A stretch of 35,223 nucleotides of DNA. It comes from Anaerovibrio sp. GTDB taxonomy: Bacteria; Bacillota; Clostridia; Oscillospirales; Oscillospiraceae. How positions within the stretch are numbered: position 1 is the first letter of the stretch; every line of letters starts with the position of its first letter. Both the position numbers and the translations under genes were made by a program. Below the pieces are notes generated by a model. That model saw nothing but the letters and a program-made list of their open reading frames with translations, ran no database searches and was not told the origin of the DNA. Shown here one piece after another: positions 1-9,400 of this stretch. The stretch lies in NCBI GenBank assembly GCA_963647775.1, contig CAVJBM010000103.1, positions 1 through 35,223 on the forward strand, written 5' to 3'.

Positions 1-1
1 T

Positions 2-172
2 ATGACCCAGATCGGCGTCAAGCCGCCCCACTTCGTCATCTTCTGCAACGACGCCAAGCTGTTCCATTTCTCCTACCAGCGGTATCTGGAGAACCAGATC
101 CGCTCCACCTTTGCCCTGACGGGCACTCCCATCCGCATCACCATTCGCCAGCGGGGCGATAAGGAGGACTGA
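2..172 (+). CDS. der: Ribosome biogenesis GTPase Der/EngA, C-terminal fragment (partial)
   Basis: Hand translation of frame 2 gives [56 protein letters not shown], the Der KH-like C-terminus (PPxFV, [12 protein letters not shown]). It lies in the conserved der-plsY-gpsA order. Confidence 0.93.
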   Translation: MTQIGVKPPHFVIFCNDAKLFHFSYQRYLENQIRSTFALTGTPIRITIRQRGDKED

Positions 173-177
173 GCACC

Positions 178-963
178 ATGCTGGATACTTTGCTGCGCCC
201 GCTGATGGACCGGGGGAACGTGACCCCCGGCTGGCTGGTGCTGGCGCTGGCGGGCATTGCCGCGGTGAGCTATTTTCTCGGCTGCTGCAACGGGGCGGTC
301 ATGGTCTCCCGGAGCATTTTGAAGGACGACATCCGCCAGCACGGCAGCGGCAACGGCGGCCTGACCAACTTCTGCCGCATCCACGGCGGGGCCCTGTCCC
401 TGCTGGTCATCTTCATCGACGTGGCCAAGGCGGTGGTGTCCGTGCTGCTGGCGGCCTTCGCCTTCAGCCACCTGGCCCCCGGCCTGACCATCTTCGGCCG
501 GTACTGGGGCGGCCTGTTCTGTATGCTGGGGCACATGTTCCCCTGTATGTACGGCTTCCGGGGGGGCAAGGGCGTCCTGTCCGGCGGCACCATCGCCATC
601 CTCATCGACTGGCGGCTGGCCCTGGTGGTATGGGGGGCCTTCCTCATCCTGGCGGTGGCCACCCGGTACGTCTCCCTGGGCTCCTGCGCGGCGGGCCTGC
701 TGTTCCCCATCGGCAGCTGGGTGCTCTATCACTCTCTGCTCATCACGGCCCTGGCCGCCGTCATGGGCGGGCTCATCATTTTGAAGCACGCCGGCAACAT
801 CTCCCGCCTGGTGAAGGGGCAGGAGTCCAAGTTCACCTTCAAAAAGGGCAAAAAGCCCGACCCGGCCCCGGCGCCGGAGCCTCCCGCCCAGCCGGAACCT
901 CCGGCGGAGCCCGAAGCGCCCGAGCACACTGAAACCCCCTCAGAGGAGGAACCCAACGCATGA
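178..963 (+). CDS. plsY: Glycerol-3-phosphate acyltransferase PlsY, with a Pro/Glu-rich C-terminal tail
   Basis: Motifs DIRQHGSGNGGLTN, GHMFP, FRGGKGV, RYVSLGS and KHAGNISRL; hydrophobic helices; RBS AAGGAGG upstream. Confidence 0.95.
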   Translation: MLDTLLRPLMDRGNVTPGWLVLALAGIAAVSYFLGCCNGAVMVSRSILKDDIRQHGSGNGGLTNFCRIHGGALSLLVIFIDVAKAVVSVLLAAFAFSHLAPGLTIFGRYWGGLFCMLGHMFPCMYGFRGGKGVLSGGTIAILIDWRLALVVWGAFLILAVATRYVSLGSCAAGLLFPIGSWVLYHSLLITALAAVMGGLIILKHAGNISRLVKGQESKFTFKKGKKPDPAPAPEPPAQPEPPAEPEAPEHTETPSEEEPNA

Positions 964-1970
964 AAACCGCGGTGATCGGCAGCGGCGCCTGGGGCACGGC
1001 CCTGGCCATGGTGCTGCTGGAGAACGGACACGACGTGTCCCTGTGGAGCTATACCGAGCAGGAGCGGGCCGCCATCCTGGCCCACGGGGAGAACCCCATG
1101 CTCCGGGGTGTGCCCATCCCGGAGAAAATGGACCTCACCTGCGACCTGGACTGCGTGAAGGGCTGCGGCCTGGTGGTGCTGGCCACGCCGTCCTTCGCCG
1201 TGCGGTCCACCGCCCGCCGCCTGGGGGAGACCGCCGACCCCGGCACCCCCATCGTCCTGGTGTCCAAGGGCATTGAGAAGAACACCACCCTGCTCCTCCA
1301 TCAGGTGGTGGAGCAGGAGGTGGGGGACCGCCACCCGGTGGTGGTGCTCTCCGGCCCCTCCCACGCGGAGGAGGTGGGCCGCAGCGTGCCCACGGCGGTG
1401 GTGGTGGCCTCGGCCAGCCGGGCCGCCGCCGAGCTGGCCCAGGACGTGTTCATGAACGAGCGCTTCCGCATCTACACCTCCCCGGACATCGTGGGGGTGG
1501 AGATCGGCGCGGCGCTGAAGAACGTCATCGCCCTGTGCGCCGGCTGCTGCGACGGCATGGGCTTCGGCGACAACACCAAGGCCATGCTCATGACCCGGGG
1601 CCTCACCGAGATCGCCCGGCTGGGGGTGGCCCTGGGGGCCCGGAAGGAGACCTTCGCCGGCCTCACCGGCGTGGGCGACCTGATCGTCACCTGCTGCTCC
1701 ATGCACTCCCGCAACCGCCGGGCGGGCATCCTGCTGGGCCAGGGGCGGACCATCGCCCAGGCCATGGAGGAGATGAACGGCGCCGTGGTGGAGGGCTATT
1801 ACGCCGCCGCCAGCGCCATGGAGCTGGCGGGCCGCACCGGCGTGGAGATGCCCATTACCACCGGGGCCTACCAGGTGCTGTACGAGGGCAAGGACCCCCG
1901 CTGCGTCCTGCGGGAGCTCATGGCCCGGGACAAGAAGGGCGAGCTGGAGACCGAGATCTCCTGGATCTGA
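960..1970 (+). CDS. gpsA: NAD(P)H-dependent glycerol-3-phosphate dehydrogenase
   Basis: GSGAWGTALA Rossmann motif, SKGIE, LSGPSHAEEV, ALKNVIA, GDLIVTC, SRNR; ATGA overlap with plsY. Confidence 0.97.
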   Translation: MKTAVIGSGAWGTALAMVLLENGHDVSLWSYTEQERAAILAHGENPMLRGVPIPEKMDLTCDLDCVKGCGLVVLATPSFAVRSTARRLGETADPGTPIVLVSKGIEKNTTLLLHQVVEQEVGDRHPVVVLSGPSHAEEVGRSVPTAVVVASASRAAAELAQDVFMNERFRIYTSPDIVGVEIGAALKNVIALCAGCCDGMGFGDNTKAMLMTRGLTEIARLGVALGARKETFAGLTGVGDLIVTCCSMHSRNRRAGILLGQGRTIAQAMEEMNGAVVEGYYAAASAMELAGRTGVEMPITTGAYQVLYEGKDPRCVLRELMARDKKGELETEISWI

Positions 1971-1979
1971 ACGAATAAG

Positions 1980-2017
1980 ATCCCCCCCGGCACGTGCGTG
2001 CCGGGGGGATTTGCTTT
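1980..2017 (+). terminator. Intrinsic terminator of der-plsY-gpsA
   Basis: GC-rich stem ccccccggcac/gtgccgggggg followed by atttgcttt. Confidence 0.65.
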
Positions 2018-2032
2018 GCCATCATTCCGCGC

Positions 2033-2069
2033 AAAACAAAAAGAGCCCCACGCGGATGCGTGGGGCTCT
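2033..2069 (-). terminator. Intrinsic terminator of rpmB
   Basis: Stem agagccccacgc/gcgtggggctct with an A-rich tract on the + strand (T tract on -), just after the rpmB stop. Confidence 0.8.
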
Positions 2070-2087
2070 CTGTGTCGTCTTGCTGGA

Positions 2088-2276
2088 TCACACCGCGCGG
2101 TTGACCTTGCCGGTACGGAGGCAGCGGGTGCACACATAGACGTGCTTGGGAGTACCGTCGACCACAGCCTTAACGCGCTTGACGTTGGGCTTCCAGGGAC
2201 GGTTGGAGCGGCGGTGGGAGTGGGAAACCTGGATACCGAAGTTCACGCCCTTGCCACAGAACTCACATTTGGCCAT
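2088..2276 (-). CDS. rpmB: 50S ribosomal protein L28 (Zn-ribbon, C+ form)
   Basis: MAKCEFCGK...VSHSHRRSNRPWKPNV...VCTRCLR; RBS GGAGG upstream. Confidence 0.97.
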   Translation of the reverse strand: MAKCEFCGKGVNFGIQVSHSHRRSNRPWKPNVKRVKAVVDGTPKHVYVCTRCLRTGKVNRAV

Positions 2277-2327
2277 ATCTACAAACCTCCTCGCTGGTCA
2301 GAATTGCACATTTGCATTAACTATGTC

Positions 2328-2356
2328 AGTTTATCAGAAAACGGCGAGAAAATCAA
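2328..2356 (-). promoter_or_regulatory. Putative sigma-A promoter of rpmB
   Basis: TTGATT-17 bp-TAAACT with an extended TG on the minus strand. Confidence 0.5.
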
Positions 2357-2399
2357 GTGCTATTTTCGTGTTTCCCCTATTTTTTTTGCGCCCGGAATA

Positions 2400-2408
2400 T
2401 GATATACT
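2400..2408 (+). promoter_or_regulatory. Putative extended -10 promoter of the murB operon
   Basis: TGaTATACT upstream of murB; no good -35. Confidence 0.4.
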
Positions 2409-2445
2409 ATCCTTGTATGATTATGACCACTGGGAGGGTCCCCGT

Positions 2446-3375
2446 ATGAAGGATCTGGAGCGACTTTACCAAACGCTGACGACCGCCTGCCCGGCGCTGG
2501 AGCTGCGCAGGGATGAGCCCATGTCCGCCCACACCTCCTTCCGCATCGGCGGCCCGGCGGCGCTGATGGCCCTGCCCAAGTCGCAGGAGGAGGCCGCCCT
2601 GGCCCTGCGCACGGCGGCGGAACTGGGGGTCAGGCCCTTTTTCCTGGGCAACGGCACCGACCTGCTGGTGGACGACGCCGGGGTGGACCGCTTTCTCATC
2701 AAGCCCGCCGGGTCCCTGGGGGCGTCGCCGCTGAACACGGCCTGCCTGCCGGAGGAGGGCCTCATCCGGGCGGGGGCGGGGCTGTCCCTGGCCAACCTGG
2801 CCCGGGCGGCCTGGGCCAACGTCCTCACGGGACTGGAGTTCGCCCAGGGCATCCCCGGCACCGTGGGCGGCGGCCTGACCATGAACGCCGGGGCCTACGG
2901 CGGCGAGCTGTGCCAGGTGCTGGATTCGGTCACCGCCCTGACCCTGACGGGGGAGCGGCGGGTCCTCTCCGCCGCCGACTGCGCCATGGGCTACCGCCGC
3001 AGTCTTTTTTCCGCCGGGGACTACCTCATTGTGGAGGCCGATTTCCGGGTCGCTCCCGGCCAGCCGGAGGCCATCAAGGCCCGCATGGAGGACCTGGCGG
3101 CCCGCCGGCGGGAGAAGCAGCCTCTGGAGTACCCCAGCGCCGGCTCGGCCTTCAAGCGGCCGGAGGGCCACTTTGCCGCCGCCCTCATCGACCAGTGCGG
3201 CCTGAAGGGCCTGACGGTGGGGGGCGCCCAGGTGTCGGAAAAGCACGCGGGCTTCATCATCAACCGGGGGGGCGCCACCTGCGCCGACGTGCTGGCCCTG
3301 ATGGACCAGGTGCGGGCGCGTGTTCTGGACGAGACCGGCGTGGAGTTGGAGCCGGAGATCAAATATCTGCACTGA
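2446..3375 (+). CDS. murB: UDP-N-acetylenolpyruvoylglucosamine reductase
   Basis: HTSFRIGGPA, LGNGTDLL, GIPGTVGG, MNAGAYG, QPLEYPSAGS, VSEKHAGFIIN, LEPEI. Start placed at ATG 2446 behind a GGGAGG RBS; the ORF-track upstream extension overlaps rpmB. Confidence 0.95.
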   Translation: MKDLERLYQTLTTACPALELRRDEPMSAHTSFRIGGPAALMALPKSQEEAALALRTAAELGVRPFFLGNGTDLLVDDAGVDRFLIKPAGSLGASPLNTACLPEEGLIRAGAGLSLANLARAAWANVLTGLEFAQGIPGTVGGGLTMNAGAYGGELCQVLDSVTALTLTGERRVLSAADCAMGYRRSLFSAGDYLIVEADFRVAPGQPEAIKARMEDLAARRREKQPLEYPSAGSAFKRPEGHFAAALIDQCGLKGLTVGGAQVSEKHAGFIINRGGATCADVLALMDQVRARVLDETGVELEPEIKYLH

Positions 3376-3389
3376 GAAAGGAGCACAGC

Positions 3390-4253
3390 ATGGAATTCCT
3401 CATCGTATCTGGCCTGTCCGGGGCGGGCAAGTCCACCGTCATGTCCATTCTGGAGGACAGCGGCTTTTTCTGCGTGGACAATCTGCCGCCGGTGCTCATC
3501 CCCAAGTTTGCCGAGATGTGCCTGGCGGGCGCCGGCGCCTATGAGCAGGTGGCCATGGTGTGCGACATCCGGGGCGGCAAGGACTTCTCCGGCCTGTTCC
3601 AGGCGCTGGACGCCCTCCACGAATTGCAGTTCGACTACAAGATCGTCTTTGTGGAGGCCGCCGCCGACACCATCATCAAGCGCTATAAGGAGACCCGCCG
3701 GGCCCATCCCCTCATGCGGGACGGTCTGACTCTGCCCGAGGCGGTGGAGCAGGAGCGCCAGGCCATGGAGCCCGTGCGCCAGCGGGCGTCGTACATCATC
3801 ACCACCACCGACATGCCCTCCAAGAAGCTGCGGGACCAGGTGATGGACCTGCTGCTGCCGGCGGGGAAGAAGAAGGGGGAGCTGGCGGTGTCCGTCACCT
3901 CCTTCGGCTTCAAGTACGGCCTGCCGGCGGAGGCCGACCTGGTGTTCGACGTGCGCTTCCTCCCCAATCCCTTTTACGTGGACGCACTGCGGGACCAGAC
4001 CGGGCTGGAGCCCGGCGTGCGGGACTACGTGTTCGACTCCCGGCAGACGGCGGAATTCATGGAGAAGCTGGAGGACCTGCTGGCCTTCCTGCTGCCCAGC
4101 TACCGGGAGGAGGGCAAGAGCACCCTCATCATCGCCGTGGGCTGCACCGGCGGCCGCCACCGCTCCGTGGCGGTGACCCACGCCCTGGCGGAGTACATCC
4201 GGGGCCTGGGCTACCACGTCAGCGAGAACCACCGTGACATGACGAGGGCCTGA
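3390..4253 (+). CDS. rapZ: RNase adapter / P-loop NTPase RapZ (YvcJ)
   Basis: GLSGAGKS Walker A, CVDNLP, ETRRAHPL, SFGFKYG, DVRFLPNP, GCTGGRHRSV; RBS AAGGAG before ATG 3390. Confidence 0.95.
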   Translation: MEFLIVSGLSGAGKSTVMSILEDSGFFCVDNLPPVLIPKFAEMCLAGAGAYEQVAMVCDIRGGKDFSGLFQALDALHELQFDYKIVFVEAAADTIIKRYKETRRAHPLMRDGLTLPEAVEQERQAMEPVRQRASYIITTTDMPSKKLRDQVMDLLLPAGKKKGELAVSVTSFGFKYGLPAEADLVFDVRFLPNPFYVDALRDQTGLEPGVRDYVFDSRQTAEFMEKLEDLLAFLLPSYREEGKSTLIIAVGCTGGRHRSVAVTHALAEYIRGLGYHVSENHRDMTRA

Positions 4254-4255
4254 CC

Positions 4256-5248
4256 ATGGGAGAGGAGCGAAACGGCCCGGCCATCGTGGCCCTGGGCGGG
4301 GGCAACGGCCTGTCCGCCATCCTGCGGGGGCTGAAGCTGTATACCGACCGCATCACCGCCATCGTCACCGTGGCGGACGACGGCGGCGGCTCCGGCGTGC
4401 TGCGCCGGGACCTGGGGATGCCGCCCCCCGGCGACATCCGCAACTGCATGGAGGCCCTGGCCGACACCGAGACTCTCATGCAGCAGCTGCTGTCCTACCG
4501 CTTCCCGGAGGGGCGGCTGGCGGGCCAGGCATTTGGAAACCTGCTGCTGGCGGCGCTGGACGGCATCTCCGACTCCTTCGAGCAGGCGGTGGAGCGCATG
4601 AGCAAGGTGCTGGCCATCACCGGCCGCATCCTGCCGGTGACCAACGCCAACGTCCAGCTGGAGGCCAGCTTTGAAAACGGCACCAGCGTCTGCGGCGAGT
4701 CCCGCATCTTCCAGTTCAAGAAGACCCAGAACTGCCGCATCCACCATGTGCGGCTCCTGCCGGAGAGCCCTCCGGCCCTCCCCGCGGCGCTGGAGGCTAT
4801 CCGTCAGGCGGACATCGTCCTGCTGGGCCCCGGCAGCCTGTACACCAGCGTGATCCCCAACCTGCTGGTGGACGGTATTGCCGACGCCATCCACAACAGC
4901 AAGGCCCTGAAAATTTATATCTGCAACATCATGACCCAGGACGGCGAGACCGAGGGCATGACCGCCGCGGACCATCTGGCGGCCCTGCTGGAGCACGGGG
5001 GCCCCGGCCTGGTGGACATCTGCCTGTGCAACAGCGCCCAGCCCAGCCGCGCCCTGCGGGAGCGCTACTCCCGGGAGGATGCGGAGCCCCTTCAGGTGGA
5101 CCGCCGGGCGGTGGAGGCCCTGGGGGCGGAGGTGGTGCTGCGGCCTCTGATGGACGAGGGGGCGGACTACGCCCGCCACTCCGGCGTGCTGGTGTCCAAG
5201 GCCGTGCTGGAGCTCTACCACCAGCGGGCGGATACCCGCATCTTCTGA
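4256..5248 (+). CDS. yvcK: YvcK/GlmR (CofD-like) UDP-GlcNAc-binding protein
   Basis: GGGNGLS, VTVADDGGGSG, PPGDIRN, GPGSLYTSVIPNLL, NIMTQ-GET, ARH; conserved rapZ-yvcK-whiA order. Confidence 0.93.
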   Translation: MGEERNGPAIVALGGGNGLSAILRGLKLYTDRITAIVTVADDGGGSGVLRRDLGMPPPGDIRNCMEALADTETLMQQLLSYRFPEGRLAGQAFGNLLLAALDGISDSFEQAVERMSKVLAITGRILPVTNANVQLEASFENGTSVCGESRIFQFKKTQNCRIHHVRLLPESPPALPAALEAIRQADIVLLGPGSLYTSVIPNLLVDGIADAIHNSKALKIYICNIMTQDGETEGMTAADHLAALLEHGGPGLVDICLCNSAQPSRALRERYSREDAEPLQVDRRAVEALGAEVVLRPLMDEGADYARHSGVLVSKAVLELYHQRADTRIF

Positions 5249-5249
5249 T

Positions 5250-5529
5250 GCCGCCCCGGGTTAGGAAGATTCGCTCCCTATCAAGAGGAACCGCCTTCCT
5301 TCAAATTATTTGCACAGCGGCAGCGGGCGGGAGAACGGCCAGACAGTCCTGTCACCGCGAGTGCAGTGATTTGGATGATTCGATTTACAGAATTAAGGCC
5401 CTTCGGCGGGATATCTAAGGGCGGCAGCCCTTAGACGCGTTCTTTCCCCCATTTCTTTCGCGAAAAAGAAATGGGGCCTTAGCGGAGCGTCCCGCCGCCC
5501 GCAGGCGGCGGAAGCCCCGCCCCGGCGGC
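5250..5529. repeat. Structured intergenic insert (REP/MITE-like hairpin cluster) between yvcK and whiA
   Basis: Hairpins tctaagggc-ggca-gcccttaga (5414-5435), ccccatttcttt..aaagaaatgggg (5447-5476) and ccgccgcc-cgca-ggcggcgg (5492-5511); imperfect inverted ends gccgcc..ggg / ccc..ggcggc. Confidence 0.45.
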
Positions 5530-5559
5530 TGCGATCATTTACATTGGGAGGTCTTGCCC

Positions 5560-6453
5560 ATGAGTTTTTCCGCCAATGTCAAGCAGGAGCTGTGCCGCCA
5601 GCCGGTGAGCCGCCGCTGCTGCGCCCAGGCCGAGGCCTACGGCATCCTGCTGTACTGCAACACCTTCCAGGCGGAGCAGGTGCGCATCGTCACCGAATCC
5701 CCCCAGCTGAAGGAGCGCCTGCCGCTGCTCTTCCGCAAGGCGTTCAAGGTGGCCTTTGACCGCACGCCCGGTGAGGCGGAGGGCAAGGGCACCTTTCTGC
5801 TGGAGGACCCGGACAAGCTCCAGGTCATCTTCGACGCCTTCGGGCTGGAGCGCGCCCCCGGCGTGTCCCTCCACGTGAACTTTGCCCACCTGGAGGAGGA
5901 GCACTGCCGCACCGCCTTCCTCCGGGGGGCCTTTCTGGCCGGCGGCTCGGTGACCGACCCGCTGAAGAGCTACCATCTGGAGCTGGCCACCTCCCACTTC
6001 TACGTGGGCCGGGAGGTGCCCGCCCTCATGCGGGAGGCGGGGTTCGAGCCCAAGGAGACCGTCCGCAAGGGCAACTACATCACCTATTTCAAGCAGAGCG
6101 AGCACATTGAGGACTTTCTCACCTCTATCGGCGCGCCCCTGTCCGCCATGGAGATGATGACCGCCAAGCTGGAGCGGGACCTGCGGGGCAGCGTGAACCG
6201 CCGGGTGAACTGCGACGCCGCCAATCTGGACAAGCTGGTGGCGGCCTCCCAGGCCCAGGTGGAGGCCATCCGCCGGCTGGAGGGGAGCGGCGTGCTGGCC
6301 GCCCAGCCGGAAAAGCTGCGGGAGGCCGCCCGGCTCCGCCTGGAAAACCCGGAGCTCACCCTGGCCCAGCTGGCCCAGCTGTGCGACCCGCCGGTGACCA
6401 AATCCGCCCTGAACCACCGCCTGCGCAAGCTGATGGAGCTGGACCGGGCGTGA
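5560..6453 (+). CDS. whiA: DNA-binding protein WhiA
   Basis: MSFSANVKQEL, FLRGAFLAGGSVTDP, YHLEL, NRRVNCDAANLDK, TKSALNHRLRKL; RBS GGGAGG. Confidence 0.96.
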   Translation: MSFSANVKQELCRQPVSRRCCAQAEAYGILLYCNTFQAEQVRIVTESPQLKERLPLLFRKAFKVAFDRTPGEAEGKGTFLLEDPDKLQVIFDAFGLERAPGVSLHVNFAHLEEEHCRTAFLRGAFLAGGSVTDPLKSYHLELATSHFYVGREVPALMREAGFEPKETVRKGNYITYFKQSEHIEDFLTSIGAPLSAMEMMTAKLERDLRGSVNRRVNCDAANLDKLVAASQAQVEAIRRLEGSGVLAAQPEKLREAARLRLENPELTLAQLAQLCDPPVTKSALNHRLRKLMELDRA

Positions 6454-6489
6454 CCGCCTGTACATAGAGAGAAAGGAGGGGGCAGGCAA

Positions 6490-9400
6490 ATGGCCTTTAC
6501 CCATCTGCACGTGCATACGGAGTTCTCCCTGCTGGACGGCGCCTGCCGCATCAAGGAGCTGCCCCGGCAGGTGAAGGCCCTGGGGCAGGATTCGGTGGCC
6601 ATCACGGACCACGGCGTCATGTTCGGCATCATCGACTTCTACCGGGCCTGCAAGGCCGAGGGGATCAAGCCCATCATCGGGTGCGAGGTCTATGTGGCCC
6701 CCCGCACCCGCTTCGACCGGGTCCACGAGCTGGACGCCGAGGCCCGGCACCTGGTGCTCCTCTGCCAAAACGAGACGGGCTACCGCAACCTGTCCTACAT
6801 GGTGTCCATGGCCTATACCGAGGGCTTCTACATCAAGCCCCGCATCGACATGGACCTGCTGCGGGCCCACAGCGAGGGCCTCATCGCCCTGTCCGCCTGC
6901 CTGGCGGGGGAGATCCCCCGGCTCATCCTCCAGGGCTGCTACGACAAGGCCAAGGCCCACGCCCTGGAGATGCGGGACCTCTTCGGCCCGGACAACTATT
7001 ATCTGGAGCTGCAGGACCACCACATCCCGGAGCAGCAGACCGTCAATGCCGGCATCCTCCGCCTGCACGAGGAGACGGGCATCCCCCTGGTGTGCACCAA
7101 CGACGCACACTACCTCACCCGCGGGGACTCCGCCATGCAGGACACCCTGCTCTGCATCCAGACGGGCAAGCTGCTGGAGGACGAGAACCGGATGCGCTTC
7201 TCCACCGACGAGTTCTACCTCAAGAGCGAGGAGGAGATGCGCGCGCTGTTCCCCGCCTGCCCGGAGGCCCTGGAGAACACCGTAAAGATCGCCGAGCGCT
7301 GCAATGTGGAGTTCGAATTCGGCCACTACCATCTGCCGGAATTCAAGCTGCCCGACGGCTGGACCGACGCAGCGGCCTATTTCGAGCATCTCTGCCGGGA
7401 GGGCTTCGCCCGGCGCTATCCCCGGCAGCCGGAGGACTACCGGAAGCAGCTGGAGTATGAGATCGGCGTCATCGAGCAGATGGGCTTTGTGGACTACTTC
7501 CTCATCGTGTCCGACTTCATCGGCTACGCCAAGGGCCAGGGCATCCCCGTGGGCCCGGGCCGCGGCTCGGGGGCGGGGTCCATGGTGGCCTACTGCCTGA
7601 ATATCACCGACATCGACCCCATGAAGTACAACCTGTTCTTCGAGCGGTTCCTGAATCCCGAGCGGGTGACCATGCCCGATATCGACATCGACTTCTGCAT
7701 CCGCCGCCGGCAGGAGGTCATCGACTACGTGGCCCGCAAGTACGGCCCCGACCATGTGGCCCAGATCGTCACCTTCGGCACCATGAAGGCCAAGGCCGCC
7801 ATCCGGGACGTGGGCCGGGTGATGAACCTGCCCTACGCCGAGGTGGACGCCATCGCCAAGCAGGTGCCCTTCTCCCTGGACATGACTCTGGACAAGGCGC
7901 TGGAGGTGTCCAAGGGCTTTGCCGACCTCTACCACGGGGACGAAAAGGTGAAGCGGCTGGTGGACATGGCCCGCCGGCTGGAGGGGATGCCCCGCAACAC
8001 CTCCACCCACGCCGCCGGCGTGGTCATCACCAAGCGCCCGGTGTACGAGTACGTCCCCCTTGCCACCAACGACGGCCAGCCCGTCACCCAGTATATCATG
8101 ACCACGCTGGAGGAGCTGGGCCTGCTGAAGATGGACTTCCTCGGCCTGCGCAACCTGACCATTCTGGACGACGCCGTCCAGATGGTGCGCCGGCAGGAGC
8201 CCGACTTTCAGCTGGACCAGATCCCGGAGGACGACCCGGAGGTCTACAAAATGCTGTGCGAGGGCCGCACCTCCGGCGTGTTCCAGATGGAGTCTGCCGG
8301 CATGACCGGCGTGTGCGTGGGCCTGAAGCCCAAGTCCATCGAGGACATCACCGCCATCATCGCCCTCTACCGCCCCGGCCCCATGGACTCCATCCCCCGG
8401 TTCATCGCCTGCGCCCAGGACCCGGGCAAGATCCGCTACAAGCACCCCCTGCTGGAGCCCATCCTGGCCGTCACCTACGGCTGCATCGTCTATCAGGAGC
8501 AGGTCATCGAGATCTTCCGCCGGCTGGCGGGGTACTCCCTGGGGCAGGCGGACATGGTCCGCCGGGCCATGTCCAAGAAAAAGGTCAAGGACATCGAGCG
8601 GGAGCGGGGCGCCTTCCTCCGCGGGGACCCGGCCCGGAACATCAAGGGCTGCGCCGCCAACGGCATCCCCGAGGACGTGGCCCAGTCCATCTACGACGAG
8701 ATCTACGACTTTGCCAGCTACGCTTTCAACAAGGCCCACGCCGTGGCCTACGCCGTGGTGGCCTATCAGACGGCGTGGTTCAAGTGCCGCCACACCCGGG
8801 AGTATATGGCCGCCCTGCTCACCTCCGTGCTGGACTCTCAGGAAAAGGTGGCGGAGTATATCGCCGAGTGCCGGGAGAACGGCATCGCCCTCCTGCCGCC
8901 GGACGTGAACGAATCCGGCCCCACCTTCACCGTCTCCGGGCCCAACATCCGCTTCGGCCTGGCCGCCCTGAAGGGGGTAGGCCGCAGCTTCGTCAACGCC
9001 CTCATTGCAGAGCGTGAAAAGGGTGGGGCCTTTACAGATTTCCCCGACTTCTGCCAGCGGATGTACGACAGCGACCTGAACAAGCGGGTGCTGGACAGCC
9101 TGATCCGCTCCGGCTCCTTCGACAGCCTGGGCTACCGCCGCAGCCAGCTGCTGGCGGTGTACGAGCAGGTGGTGGACTCCATCGCCCGGGACCGGCGGGA
9201 GAAGCTGGAGGGCCAGCTGGACCTCTTCGGCGGCGGGGAGGACAAGCCCGCCCCCCTGGTCATGACCCTGCCCGACCTGCCGGAGTTCACCCCCGGGGAG
9301 CTGATGTCCATGGAGAAGGAGACCACGGGCCTCTACCTCTCCGGCCACCCCATGGACGAGTACCGGCAGCAGGCCCGGGCCGTCCGGGCGGTGTCCATCG

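Noticed and set aside
2146..2445. Long N-terminal extensions in the ORF track for murB (also rapZ, PBP, foldase, smc)
   Set aside because: They overlap neighbouring genes or promoters; downstream starts have clear RBSs and family-typical N-termini.
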